NCBI RefSeq assembly: GCF_030144855.1
Contig: NC_082716.1
Location: 46,252,001 to 46,316,000 of the forward strand
DNA: 64,000 bases
Origin: Hypanus sabinus
Taxonomy: Eukaryota
Direction of reading: 5' to 3'
Position numbers and translations under genes: made by a program. This document shows positions 14,064 through 25,908 of this stretch, in pieces (position 1 is the stretch's first letter; every line of letters starts with the position of its first letter). The notes under the pieces are model-generated. The model was not told the origin of the DNA, did not search any database, and saw nothing but the letters and a program-made list of their open reading frames with translations.

Positions 14064-14098
14064 AGTCCTGACGAAGGGTCTTGGCCCGAAACGTCGAC
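14064..14098 (+). ncRNA. Minimal (Penelope-type) hammerhead ribozyme motif
   Basis: agtc-CTGACGA-a-gggt cttg gccc-GAAA-cg-TC-gac: intact core, stem II, and palindromic loopless stem III (ACGT). Confidence 0.75.
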
Positions 14099-17000
14099 AT
14101 CGCTTCTCCCTATAGATGCTGCCTAGCCTGCTGTGTTCCACCAGCATTTTGTGTGTGTTGTTGTTTGAATTTCCAGCATCTGCAGATTTCCTCGTGTTTG
14201 CTCTTTAAATAATACTAATGGTAAGCTTCTCAGCAGTGTGGAGGATCAGAGAGATCTTAGGGTCCATGTCCATAGGGCACTCAACACTGCTACGTAGGTT
14301 GACAGTGTTGTTAAGAAGGTGTATGGCATGTTGGCCTACATCAACCAAGGGATTGAGTTCTAGACTCATGAGGTAATGTTACAGCTATATAAGATCCTAG
14401 TTAGGCCCCACTTGGAGTACTGTGTTCAGTTCTGGTCACCTTATTACAGGAAGAATGTGGATGTTACAGAGAGAGTGCAGAGGAGATTTACAAGGATGTT
14501 GCCTGGATTGGAGAGCATGCCTTATGAGAATCGATTTAGTGAACTCGGCCTTTTCTCCTTTGAGCAACAGGGGATGAGAGGTGACCTGATAGGGGTGTGC
14601 AAGATGATGAGAGGCATTCATTGTGTGGATAGCCAGAGGCTTTTCCCCAGGACTGAAATGGCTAACATGAGGGGGCATAGTTTGAAGTAGATACAAGGGG
14701 GATATCAGAGGTAAGTTTTTCACACAAAGATTGGTGGGTGTGTGGAATGCACTGCCAATGAAGGTAATAGAGGAGAATGCAATGGGGTTTTTTAAGAGAT
14801 TCTTAGATAGGTACATGAAGCTTAGAAAAATAGAGGGTTATGCAGTAGGGAAATTCTAGGCAGCTTCTAGAGTAGGTTACATGGTCAACACAACATTGTG
14901 GGCTGAAAAGGCCTGTATTGTGATGTAGATTTCTATGTTCTATGTTCTATAAAATACATTAATGATCTGGAAGAGGGGACCGAGAGTAGTGTATCTAAAT
15001 GAATGGGCAAGGGTCTGGCTGATGGAATACAATGTTGGTAAATGTGAGGTCATCCACTTTGGAAAGAAAAATGAAAAAACAGATTCTTATTTAAATCATA
15101 AAAGATTGCAGCATGCTGCTGTGCAGAAGGACGGGAGTGTCTGTGCATGAATCACAGAAGATTGGTTTGCAGGTGCAGCAGACTATCAAGAAGGCAAATG
15201 GAATGTCAGCTTTCATTGCTAGAGGGATTGAATTTAGGAGAAGGGAGGTCATGCTGCAACTGTACAGGGTACTGGTGAGGCCACATCTGGAGTACTGTTA
15301 GCAGTTTTGGTCTTCTTATTTGAGGCTTTGGAGGTGGTGTGGAGGCAGTTCACCAGGTTGATTCCAGGGATGAGGATGTTAGACTATGAGGAGATACTGA
15401 GTCCACTGGGACTGTACTCACTGGAATTCAGAAGAATGAGAGGAGATCTTATAGAAACATATAAAATTATAAAAGGGATATATAAGACAGAGTCAGGAAA
15501 ATTGTTTTCACTGGTATGAGAAACAACAACTAAAGGACGTAGTCTCAAGATTCTGGGGATTAGATTTAGGATGGAGATGAGGAGGAACTTCTTTTCCCAG
15601 AGAGTGGTGAATCTGTGGAATTCTCTGCCCAATGAAGCAGTGGAGGCTGCCTCAGTAAATATATTTCAGACAAAGCTGGATAGATTTTTGCATAGTAGGA
15701 GAATGAAAGGTTATGGAGAAAAGGCAGATAGGTGGAGATGAGTCCATGGTCAGATTAGCCATAATCTTATTGAATGGTGGAGCAGGCTCGATGGGCCAGA
15801 TGGCCTACTCATGCTCCTATTCCTTATGTTCTTAATTTTCTTGTACCATCTCCTGACTTGTGCTTTTCGATAATCTTTTAGCGGAGTTGCTTGAAGTGTT
15901 CTTTTGTCTTAATGGTGTGGTTTTTGCCAGGATACTGACTCACCGGCAATTGGACCTTTCAGATACAGGTGTATTTCAGTTGAAACACCTTGACTGCACA
16001 CAGATCTCCAAAAACAGATCTCCATTTAACTAATTATGTGACTTCTAAAACCAGTTGGCTGCACCAGTGATGATCTGGTGTGTCATATTAAAGGGGGAAG
16101 GGGGTTAATTCTTATGGAATCAATTATTTTGTATTTTACATATGTATTTAATTTGGATCACTTTGTAGACATCTGTTTGCACTGACATGAAAGAGTCTTT
16201 TTCTGTAGATCAGTGTCAAAAAAGCCAAATTAGATTCACTGTGATTCAAAGTTGTAAAACAATAAAACATGATAACTTCCGGGGGCTGGGGTGATGAATA
16301 CTTTTTATGTATAACATATTCCCATTTTATCTCGTAAGATAGTTTTAAATGAATGAGGCTTCTCCATATTAAACTTAAGAAAACATTTAGTGGGCTTAAT
16401 AGATTGATAAATTAATAAGGTAGCTGAGGAGATCATATTTTGCCTGGTTGACGAGTTAAGATGTAAGAGTCGCAGTCTCAAAATAAGGGCTAGTTCAAAT
16501 TTAAAAAAGACATTTCATCTCTCGGTGGGGAACCTTCGGCATTCTCCACTTCAGAGGGCTGTTGGAACCAAGTTATTGATTTCATTTAAATCTGATTGCT
16601 TTCTGATTGGATGATTCAAAGCTTGTGGGTTCAGAGCGGGAAGATGGTGCTGAGGTGCTGGATTAAAAGGCAGTCAAGGCTTAAACATTGAGCGGCTTCC
16701 ACCTCTTATATCTTGTACTTTTTATTGCTTAAAGTTCATCAGTAACCTGCTCCAGTGTTGCATTAGGCCATATAGTTGACAAGGTTGCTGGTTAGATTAT
16801 TTGTTAACCATTGACACCCCTGACAGTTTGTTTGCGTAGACTTTGCTGTGATCTCAGATTCTTACCTCTTGATCAAACCCACGGATACTTATGCCTGTAG
16901 GTGAAAAAACTCAGGGGGAGATGTACCAATGAATTCACTCAGTTCCTGTACTCATTCCATCTCTAAAGGAAACCCTTTTCCATCTGGTGCATTTAACTAC

Positions 17001-18929
17001 TGAAGTGCTGGTAGTATTGGCAAACCCTCAGTTTTCCTGCTTATTTCAACTCTTCCTCAGATAATGAACTGAATTAACCCAAAGGGAAGGCAGCAGTAAA
17101 TCAGCTTGAGGTAGCCTCTGTTCCTTCCCATGAAGAAAGAGCTACTACTTTGATATTATTTCATAATCTAGCAAATGGAATATTTTAGGTCTCCATTTTA
17201 GCTTAAAGTTAAAAAGTAAACAATTATGTGCTGTTTTTCTTTATGGTCACCCTTTCAGTTAAGTGCAGCATTTCAATGTTTGTTGGAAAAAGAGGTGCTG
17301 CCATCAGCCTCCCTCGATAACAAATGAGCCTCAAGCCATGGAAAGGAATTGCGTTAACCATGGAACAATATCACAGTTGGAACCAGTAAAATTTGCATCT
17401 CCCCTGTTCTCTACCCTAATCCACTCTGGTTTGTTTGGTAATCTCAAACTTCACTCTGTTAGCAGAACAGCATTACTGACCCTTTAAATGTTTAAGTGAC
17501 GTAGGCAAAGTATATCCTCATGGAACATATTTCAGGGGAACTGCTAACCTAATGAAAGAAGAACCCTTAAACATTAATGATAATTACAATGACAATGAAT
17601 GAACTACAGATACCTTTAGGCTGGTTAAGCAATATATATAAACTGGTAAATTAATAATTAATTGCATTGATATTAACATGCCCTCTCTATTTAAACATTT
17701 ACACATGACAATCCAGTAATGTACACAGAATATCCGAGGACATTTCCACCCCTCATATCTATAGATATTATCTTTATAATGCTGCTTTTGTCTCCCTCTG
17801 TATTTTAACAACTTCTTCTTGCCCCTTTTCTGTCTATTTCTTCAAGTGACGAAAGAGATGAATATTGATGAAAAAGTTAATATAGGCGGCTGGTGGAATA
17901 TAGTGGGGTAGGATCTGCCAGAAAATAATGGATTAATTTTAGGCTACAGGTCCAGAGTGACAAAGAGATCTTGGTGTCAGCATGCATTTACTGACAGTAA
18001 CTTACAGGGGAAACTTGGTTAGAGGGAAGAGAGAATACTGCTTAGAGCACTGAAAGGAGTATTTAGGTCAGGATGTAGTAAAATAGAGCATTATAGATAA
18101 GCATGAACCTTTGGAACTAACAATAGTTTTGTGACTATATCCTTGGCAATTTTTAGAAAAATATAGATTACAATTGCACTTTAACTCTAGAATACAAAAA
18201 TTAAAGGCAGACATTCATACAGGTTCACTGCTGAGGTCACATTAGAACTTTGTGACCACTTTTTACCATTGGAGAGCAGGTGGTTATTGTGCTGCAATGC
18301 CTTAGAGTGAGGAAACTCTGCCAGTAAATCATGTTTCAAGCAGAATGTCATTAGAACTATCATCATTTCAGGACCTTTAAGTGATTCTGAAGACAGATGA
18401 GTGGAGGGCAGTGATTGTTGATCTAAGAGGCTAGGAGTGTGAATGGGATAGAAAAAAGAAATTGGTGAGATCAGTCTTCCCCGGGTATTCTACAGAGGGA
18501 TGGCCCACAAACACTACTATTAGGGAGACATGGGGGTTTATTGCAAATTGCACAAAAATGGCTGTGGGCAGTTGAGACAACATCATGCATTTGGAAGTAT
18601 TGTAATAAAAAATAAGAAAAAAAGAGTTTGATGGTAAATTACATTTTATGACATACACATAAATACCAGATTGGATTTTCAATATACTGATACAATGCAA
18701 TATAAATACCTTTTATGATTTATCTATCTGAATATGTAGTTTGAAGCTCTCAGACTGTTTATATTAAAAGCTTATTAATGTTCAGCCTAAAGCCTTCAAT
18801 TCCGGCTGAAAGATAAATGGTGGATGTGCAGGCTTCAACGTCACTAAGCTGAATCTGCTACTCAATATGGATGCCTTCATTTCCATAATATTTCATAAAA
18901 GTTTATGTTTTTTCATACAAAGAACTCAC

Positions 18930-19010
18930 CAATGAACATAAGGATAAGTGCTCCTGCCACCATGATCACAGTCTGTAGGGCATCTGTATATATCACAGCG
19001 GTCAAACCAC
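18930..19010 (-). CDS. slc5a9: slc5a9 exon 6
   Basis: cag|(G)GLTAVIYTDALQTVIMVAGALILMFI-G|gtgagt; 81 nt. Confidence 0.95.
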
Positions 19011-20514
19011 CTGCCAGTGGGAAGGCAAAGGACCCATTTACTGACTTTTCAAACACATCATCCCAGATTGTATGCAATAAATCTGACATAAATGTAGTCA
19101 TGTTACTCCCTGAAGAATTCAAATGAAGATAAATCTTTTGAGCTCAGGTTGTGGATCTGTGTGCAATAGAGATTAGTTTTCAACTTCTTTTCATTTCATT
19201 TATGACTAGCTACTCTAAGACTCCAACACAGATTTCTGATGCAGCACCAACTATAATTACCTTGTTACATCCCTCTTACATTTATCCTATTTTCTCTGCA
19301 TTTCCATTTCCCCTTTTTGCTACAACTTATCTGTACACTTAATTCAGTTTACAGTGACCAGAATTTAGGAGTATCAGTGGGTATCTCATTGAAAACTATG
19401 GAATATTGAAAGACCTAGATACAGTAGGCATGAAGAGGATGCTTCCTATAGTAGGAAACGGCACAGCCTCACAATAGTACATCCCTTTAGAACACAGATA
19501 AGGAACAATTTCTTTAGCCCAAGGGTAGTGAATCTGTGGAGTTCATTGTCACAGATGGCTGTGGAGGCCAAGTCTTCCTTTAGCTCCAGATGGCTGTTCA
19601 TGCATCTGTATGTCTGTACATTTCTGGAATTGTCTGCTGAAGAAATGCCTCAGAGCAACTCATTCATTTATGACCTACTGATGCTCCCCCCCCCCCGCCC
19701 CAGTTCTTCTTCATTATAATGTTCTTGAAAATACCATGTAAATAAAAGTAAAAATCAAACTCGTATCTATCTCTTGAGCTCCATGTATTAGTGCACCAAC
19801 CCATCGTAACATACTGATAAAAAATGCATCAATGCTGAGCAAAGTTGTCAACCTATAAAATTTTAATCGCATTTAAAATCTTATTATAACGCCTAATTTA
19901 GGTTATGAATTGGCATATGTAAACCAATTTAGATTTAAAATATTCATCAAGAAATCAGTGAGCATCATTTAACTCACAGTAATTTTAAGGATTTCAGGAA
20001 CTTAATTGCATACTGCTAACAAGAGGAAAGGCAATTGATTTGAAACATAAGCTCTTTTATCCCCACAAATATTCCCCGACCTGCCAAGCTTTTCCAGCAT
20101 TTTCTGTTGTTTATTTCAGATTTCTAGTAGCCGTAGTGTATGGAAAATTTGAAACCAATTTTAAAATGTAGAAACTGCTCTGTAAATTTAAAGAGTAAAG
20201 AATATCAAATAGAAAAACAAAAGAAAACGATTGAATCAGAAAAAATAAACACAAGGAATGTTTCTGAGCGTCAATGGAATAAAAAATAAAAACTGGTGAG
20301 ACACAAATGGTGCTGTTGGTTTGTAGTAGCTTTTTTTGAGTTATTACCAAAGATCGATTTCATTCCATTACGCATAAGAGGTAGAAATGAAATATTATTT
20401 TCATCTCACCTAATTTTGACATCTAAATATTATACCAATTGTGACTTTCACTTGAACTTTTATATTCATGGGGTGGGTAAATTAAATCAAATCCTTAGAA
20501 AGAGGTGGACATAG

Positions 20515-21660
20515 GATCAGAGGATGTAAAATCCATGTGGATAGAGTTAAGAAACTGCGAGGGTATACAGACCCTGGTGGGATGGGAATTTTTTATACAG
20601 TCCTCTGAACAGAAGACAGGCTGTGGGATACAAATTACAACAGAAGAGAGGAAAGGCATGTAAAAAGGACAATGTTATGATATGGATTTCAATATACAGG
20701 TAGATTGGGAAAATTAGGTTGGTGCTGGATCCTAAGAGAGGAAATTTGTAGAATGGCTATGAGATGGCTTTTTGGAGCATCTTGTGGTTGAGCCCACTAG
20801 GAAAAAAAGCAAATCTGCATTGGGTATTGTGTAATGAACTTTAATTTGATTCTGGAGCTTAAGATAAAGGAAACAGTAATCATAATATGATATCACCCTA
20901 CAGTTTGAGATGAAGAAGCTAAAGACAGATGTATCAGTATTTCAGTGGAGTAAAGGGGCTTACAGAGGCATGAGAGAGGAGCTGGCCAAATTTAATTGGA
21001 AAGACACACTAGCTGGGATGATGGCAGAACAACAATGGGTGGAGTTTCTAGGTGCAATCAGAAGGTACTGGATAAGACCATAAGGTATAGGAGCAGAATT
21101 AGGTCATCGAGTCTGCCCCACCATTTCATCATGGCCAATCCAGTTTCCCTCTATAAGATCATAAAATATTTACATACTAAAGAAGAAGTATTCTAAAGGA
21201 AAGATAAGGCAACCATGGCTAACAAGGGAAGTCAAGGCCAGTGTAAAAGCAAAATAGAAGGGCATATAATGCAGCAAAAACTAGTGGGAATTTGGAGGAT
21301 TGGGTATCTTTTACCATAAGGAGAGAAAAGATGAAATATGTGGTAAGCTCGCCAATGATATAAAAGAGAATACCAAAAGCTTTCCCTGATATATAAAGAG
21401 TAAAGGAGAAATGACAGTGGATATCAGACCACTGGAAGATGGTGCCACAGAAGTAGTAATGGGGGAGAAATAAATGGCAGACAAACTTAATAGGTGTTTT
21501 GCATCAGTCTTCACTGTGGAGGACACCAGCAGTAGGAGAAAAAATTGAGAGTGCAAGGGGCAGAAATGTAGTTATTATTACTGAGGAGAAGGTGCTTGGG
21601 AAGCTGAAGAATCTGAAGGTAGTTAAGTCACCTGGACCATATGGACTACACCCCAGAGTA
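20515..21660 (+). mobile_element. CR1 ORF2 fragment (endonuclease-RT linker)
   Basis: EEKVLGKLKNLKVVKSPGPYGLHPRV; short opposite-strand CR1 tail at ~21075-21150. Confidence 0.8.
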
Positions 21661-21739
21661 CATAATATCTACATTTTTCTTTTCATTTGACTTTCTTAAA
21701 CTGATCAAAATGTAAACATCTTATTTAAGTAATACATAC

Positions 21740-21932
21740 AATGCATTGGGAGAGCTCAGCAGGTCAGGCAGCGTTGATGGATGGGAATAAACAGTTGCCG
21801 TTTTGGGCTGAAACCCAAGTCGACGGTTAATTCCTATCCACAGATACTGTACTGCCTGGAGCTGCTGAGCTACTCCAGCACATTGTGTGTATTACTCTAG
21901 ATTTCCAGCATCTGCAGTACCTCTTGTGTTTA
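21740..21932. mobile_element. Decayed Penelope-derived mini fold-back element
   Basis: gagctcagcaggtcaggcagc ... ctgctgagctactccagcacattgtgtgt ... tttccagcatctgcag. Confidence 0.65.
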
Positions 21933-22429
21933 TAAATACTCTTCTGTTCAGTTAAAGTGTTATATAAGATTAACTATTCCATGATTCCCTTTGGGTTTAA
22001 CTATCCAATCAAAACTCCAGTTATATGTGTACTTAAATAGAAGTCTTTAAAATACCTATTATTCTTGATGTCATTCCATTGGGTATTTTCTTTCTTCGCT
22101 GACAATAGAAAACTAAGTACTTTGCGTCTGTCTATTGTTTGCTAGCAGTATCAATAGATTATTAGTGAAATTCCAATGAAAGTACTACATCAGCTACTTA
22201 TCTCCAGAGCTGCTTAGCATCTACTCTTAATTGAAAGTTAACAAGGTACATATTCTTGCTTTATTTTCTTGTTATATTTTATGAATTAGTTAAATCCAGG
22301 TTAATACTACCAAGTTATCCGCATTGCAGACTCTGATATGAGAAGTTTGTTTGAATATTGTAACATCTTTGTGCAAGGTTCAAATGAAGTTTAGAAGAGT
22401 TCAAGGTGATTGGGTTGTAACAGCTAATA

Positions 22430-22780
22430 CCTTGGAGTGACTTTAATTGGGTGGATGTGGAAATGATGCCTGTCTTTGTGGGAGAATCTAGAGCTAATGG
22501 TTAGGGTTTAAACATAAAGGGTATCAATAGAAGACAGAGATGAAGCAATATTTTTACTTTCAGATTGTTATGAATCTTTGGATTTCTCCTCCTGAAAGAT
22601 GATGGAAGTAGAATCCTTGATGATTTCAAGGCAGAAATGAATAGATTCCAGATGAGCTCAGGACTGAAGGGTTATTGGGAACAAGCAGAAACATGGGGGT
22701 GAGGATACAGATATATCAGACATGATCTGTTTGAATGATAGAACAGGCTTAAGGGGCTGAGTGGTCTATCCTTGTTCTTA
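22430..22780 (+). mobile_element. Old CR1 3' end
   Basis: Degenerate CR1 3'UTR ending ggggctgagtggtctatccttgttctta. Confidence 0.65.
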
Positions 22781-22897
22781 TATACACATTCATATATTTA
22801 AACATCAGATTTACTTAAGGCATCAAAATTGCTTAACAGAATTTAACCAAATATTAATACATATGATGAACCTACTGATACTTTCCAGCTGTATCTG

Positions 22898-23182
22898 AAG
22901 ATTAATGATTAGCTTGATTTGTCACATGTAGATTGAAACATCGAAACCTACAGTGAAATGCATTGCTTGTGTCAACAAGCAACAGAATCTGAGGATGTTC
23001 AGACGCCAACATACACATCCACAACTTATTTTCTCTAACCCGTTCATCCTTGGAATGTGGTAGGAGACCGGAGCATGTGAAGGAATTCCACATGGTCACA
23101 GGGAGAATGTACATACTCCTTACAAGCAGCAGCAGGAACTGAACCTCGACTGCTGGAACTCCAAAGCGTTATGCTAACCAAT
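22898..23182 (-). mobile_element. tRNA-derived SINE (V-SINE/HE1-like) with a Rex1-type tail
   Basis: Minus strand tgtacattctccctgtgaccatgtgg..tgctccggtctcctaccacattccaagga, the V-SINE central domain. Confidence 0.65.
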
Positions 23183-23704
23183 TGAAAATTCGGATTGAAA
23201 ATGTGCTTTTTCTGTGGAGGAAATCTTTTTGAACTAATTCTGCATAATGACTAACTTAATTTCCAGTAAATGGCAGGAACTTAAATGAGCTTCCTGTCAA
23301 AAGATGAAAAGCAAACTCCGCAAGCTTAAAGCAACAGTTTAAAGGCCATGGCAATGGAGGTAGAACAGAGACACATTGCAGCTGTTCTTGCTCTGTTATT
23401 GCCAATGATTTTCAAGAATACAATCACAAATGACATTATGCTGCATGATTAACTTCTTCACAGAAATATTCCACAAAGGATCACTTGAAAAGGCTCTTAC
23501 AACAAGTAGCCATTTCAATGTAAAGAAAGAGTTGTTTATGATTCTTAAGGCAGCAATTTATTATCTGGAAAGGTGGTTTAATTTCAGAATTACTGGCTGA
23601 GGATATTTCCTTTGTACATTTAACAGATTCCTTTCTGGCTTTAATGGCTCCTTTTTTGATTATAATTTATGTTGCTAAATGAAGAAATCAAGTTGTGTAA
23701 TTAC

Positions 23705-23810
23705 CAGCAATTGTGTAAATGGCAGTTACTGCCAGAAGAGTTACTGTAGAAATGTAGAGATTCCAACCCAGTGAGACTTGGATAAAAAGTGCTCCAGAGA
23801 AAATGTCAGT
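23705..23810 (-). CDS. slc5a9: slc5a9 exon 5
   Basis: cag|TDIFSGALFIQVSLGWNLYISTVTLLAVTAIYTIA-G|gtaatt; 106 nt, ends in phase 1. Confidence 0.95.
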
Positions 23811-24966
23811 CTGAAAGAAAGATTTCAATTAATACATAAACAATAATATGATCTACATTACTAATATACTTACTGAAGACAGAAAAAGCATGAAAATTGA
23901 GGAATCCATTAAAAAAGACTTTCAGATTTAAGTTACTGAATGTATTCAATATAAAAAATAATACTTTACCACATTTTGAAATTATTAATACTTATCATTG
24001 CGTACAATGTGCAACTTACATGAGATTACTTATTTTATCTAAACAAGTTCAACATCCTCAAAATGCTTTTGATATAAACTTAATAAATAATGAATTAGCA
24101 TACCATTACATAAACCTCATAGGTAAATGAGTTATTCTTAATTTCAAGTGCTTAGATATGGATCTAGTGACAGCTTGACTTGTGAAAATCAGGAAAATGA
24201 TAATAGCTCCATACCATTTTGAGGACACAACCAGGATTATTTCAATGCATGGCAAGTTTACTCCCAAGATTATCCATCCCTTCAAAAATCATTATGAGAA
24301 TTATTTGTAGAATTATTCACATTTTATTATTGTTGACCACAACACATGAATTCAAAGCTTTGTCTAGTATAACTTGCCCAATTGGTAGGGTATTAGCAAT
24401 TGCACTCTTCTCTTCTAAGGTGAATATATGAGGGAGAACTTGCATTATTTAACCTAAATTCATTTAATTCACCATTTATCATTTCATAAGGAATTGTCAA
24501 ATATGGAAGTTTGCAACTAGCTAACCTGCTTGTGTTGTCGCTGTGGATATAATTCCAGAAAACAAAATATTGGAATGATTTCTGTATAACATGTAAACAG
24601 TGGTCTGTAGCAAACTGTATTTTCTGCTGATCATCTCTTCACTATAATGCCCACAGATATGATTTGATTTGCATTTCTTCCCATGAATATGAACCATGCT
24701 CTTAATCAGCTAACATACAACAGTATTTTACCCTGCTTTAGCATTTCAAAACAAAAAACAAACACATAATGGAACATATTAAAGGGCAGACTGACATGGT
24801 GAAATTACAGACATCTCTGGCGGACAGGTGCTGAGTTTTCAATAACCAAAATGCAATATTTTTTATGGTAATGGACACTCCTACAACCCTCAACAATGTT
24901 CAGTAAATTTATCTTACAAGAGATAAAGGTTCTCCAGGCAGTTATAATATTGTCTCACTTACTTAC

Positions 24967-25131
24967 CGATATCTTAGTAAATATATACAGGATTAAAGAT
25001 AATACAGACATGTAGATTTGGATTCTTTGTCCTCCAAACCTTTTCTGTAAATACTCAGGCATAGTAACCACACCAGCAGCAATGTACACTGGAACAAAAA
25101 TCCAGCCGAGCACCACAAGAAGCCAAGTAGC
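24967..25131 (-). CDS. slc5a9: slc5a9 exon 4
   Basis: tag|[55 protein letters not shown]|gtaagt; 165 nt. Confidence 0.96.
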
Positions 25132-25908
25132 CTAAAGTAAGATTATATATAATTAGAGAGATCAAGTCAGATTATCTTCACATTTAGAAAAAAAAACATT
25201 AATTTGATAAATGTTTATTAATTCCTAGCAATGATTATTAAAAAGACATTGTATAAAACTAGAAACTTGCACCATAGGAGCACACTTAGTTTGTAATGCC
25301 TTCTAAGAATAGTGTTGCTTAATTCCCTATTCCTACTTTATGATTATAAATTTACCAGCTTCTCATCTTTAATTACTTTTTCAGCTCCTTTTAAAATTAC
25401 ATTGATCCAAATTTCAACACTATTTTGGTGAATCATTCGTGTTCCTGACAACCTCAAAAAACTAATTATACAGTTGCTCAACTAATTATACAGCATGAAA
25501 ACCTGCCCTTTAACCTGCCTTTTCCATGCTGTCCTTTTTACCATCTACACTAGTCTAACAATCTGCATTGTTTCTGCTGCACCCTGCCATGTCCACACAC
25601 TGCATTCAATTCTAATCACCCTTTTCTCCCTGCTTCACCCTATGGCTTTTATACATTCCTTGGTTAATCGCCTTTCTGCTCTGTCCATCCCTGCTTCTGG
25701 TTCACACTCCGCAGTCCAGTAGGACATTACCACTTCAGGTCAACCTGATTTCCATCCAGCCTTTACCCTATCAGGTCCACTTGAACTTCTCAATGCCATC
25801 TCCTTTTCCAGCTCGCTTGAGTTCCACCCTGTTGTCACCATTTCAGGTCTAATTGAGCTCTTTCGAGATGAAAAACACTCATCTTTTTTTTTACACAGTT
25901 CTCAATTA

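Larger units (their letters stand above)
12058..14208 (-). mobile_element. Penelope-like element (RT C-terminus + GIY-YIG endonuclease) with inverted duplication
   Basis: RT end LKFT..LPFLDL..TDIYYKPTD; GIY-YIG VVYCVRCSWCGLLYIGET..PVATHFN..GVNIDF; inverted copy ~13524-14157 of ~12058-12710; 13-bp TSD ataatactaatgg (12045-12057 / 14209-14221). Confidence 0.92.
7866..14952 (+). mobile_element. CR1 LINE (CR1-B) with ORF1 esterase and ORF2 EN/RT, decayed
   Basis: SGNH esterase motifs VIGESIV and VGTNDIG; APE start YLNASSI..AITETW; RT at 11270-12050 (QHGF, DFSKVFDKV, ADDTKVGG); (ttctatg)n tail 14931-14950. Confidence 0.85.
6649..15833 (+). mobile_element. CR1 LINE (CR1-A), 5'-truncated, inside Tc1; own pieces ~6649-6989, 7469-7865, 14953-15833
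   Basis: KIDKSPGSDGMHPRVLKE, NYRPVSLTSVVGKMLE, QHGFSKGRSC, LVRPHLEYC; ends ...cttatgttctta and rejoins Tc1. Confidence 0.85.
5530..16308 (-). mobile_element. Tc1-family (DD34E) transposon, decayed, split by a nested insertion (Tc1 parts ~5530-6648 and ~15834-16308)
   Basis: About 200-bp TIRs (5534-5731 vs 16101-16308; ataaaaagtattca/tgaatactttttat); transposase motifs SDEIKVELFG, VKHGGGCIVLW, FQQDNDPKH and PDLNPIENLW on minus; N-terminus (KTKEH.KQL) at ~15835-15915. Confidence 0.9.
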
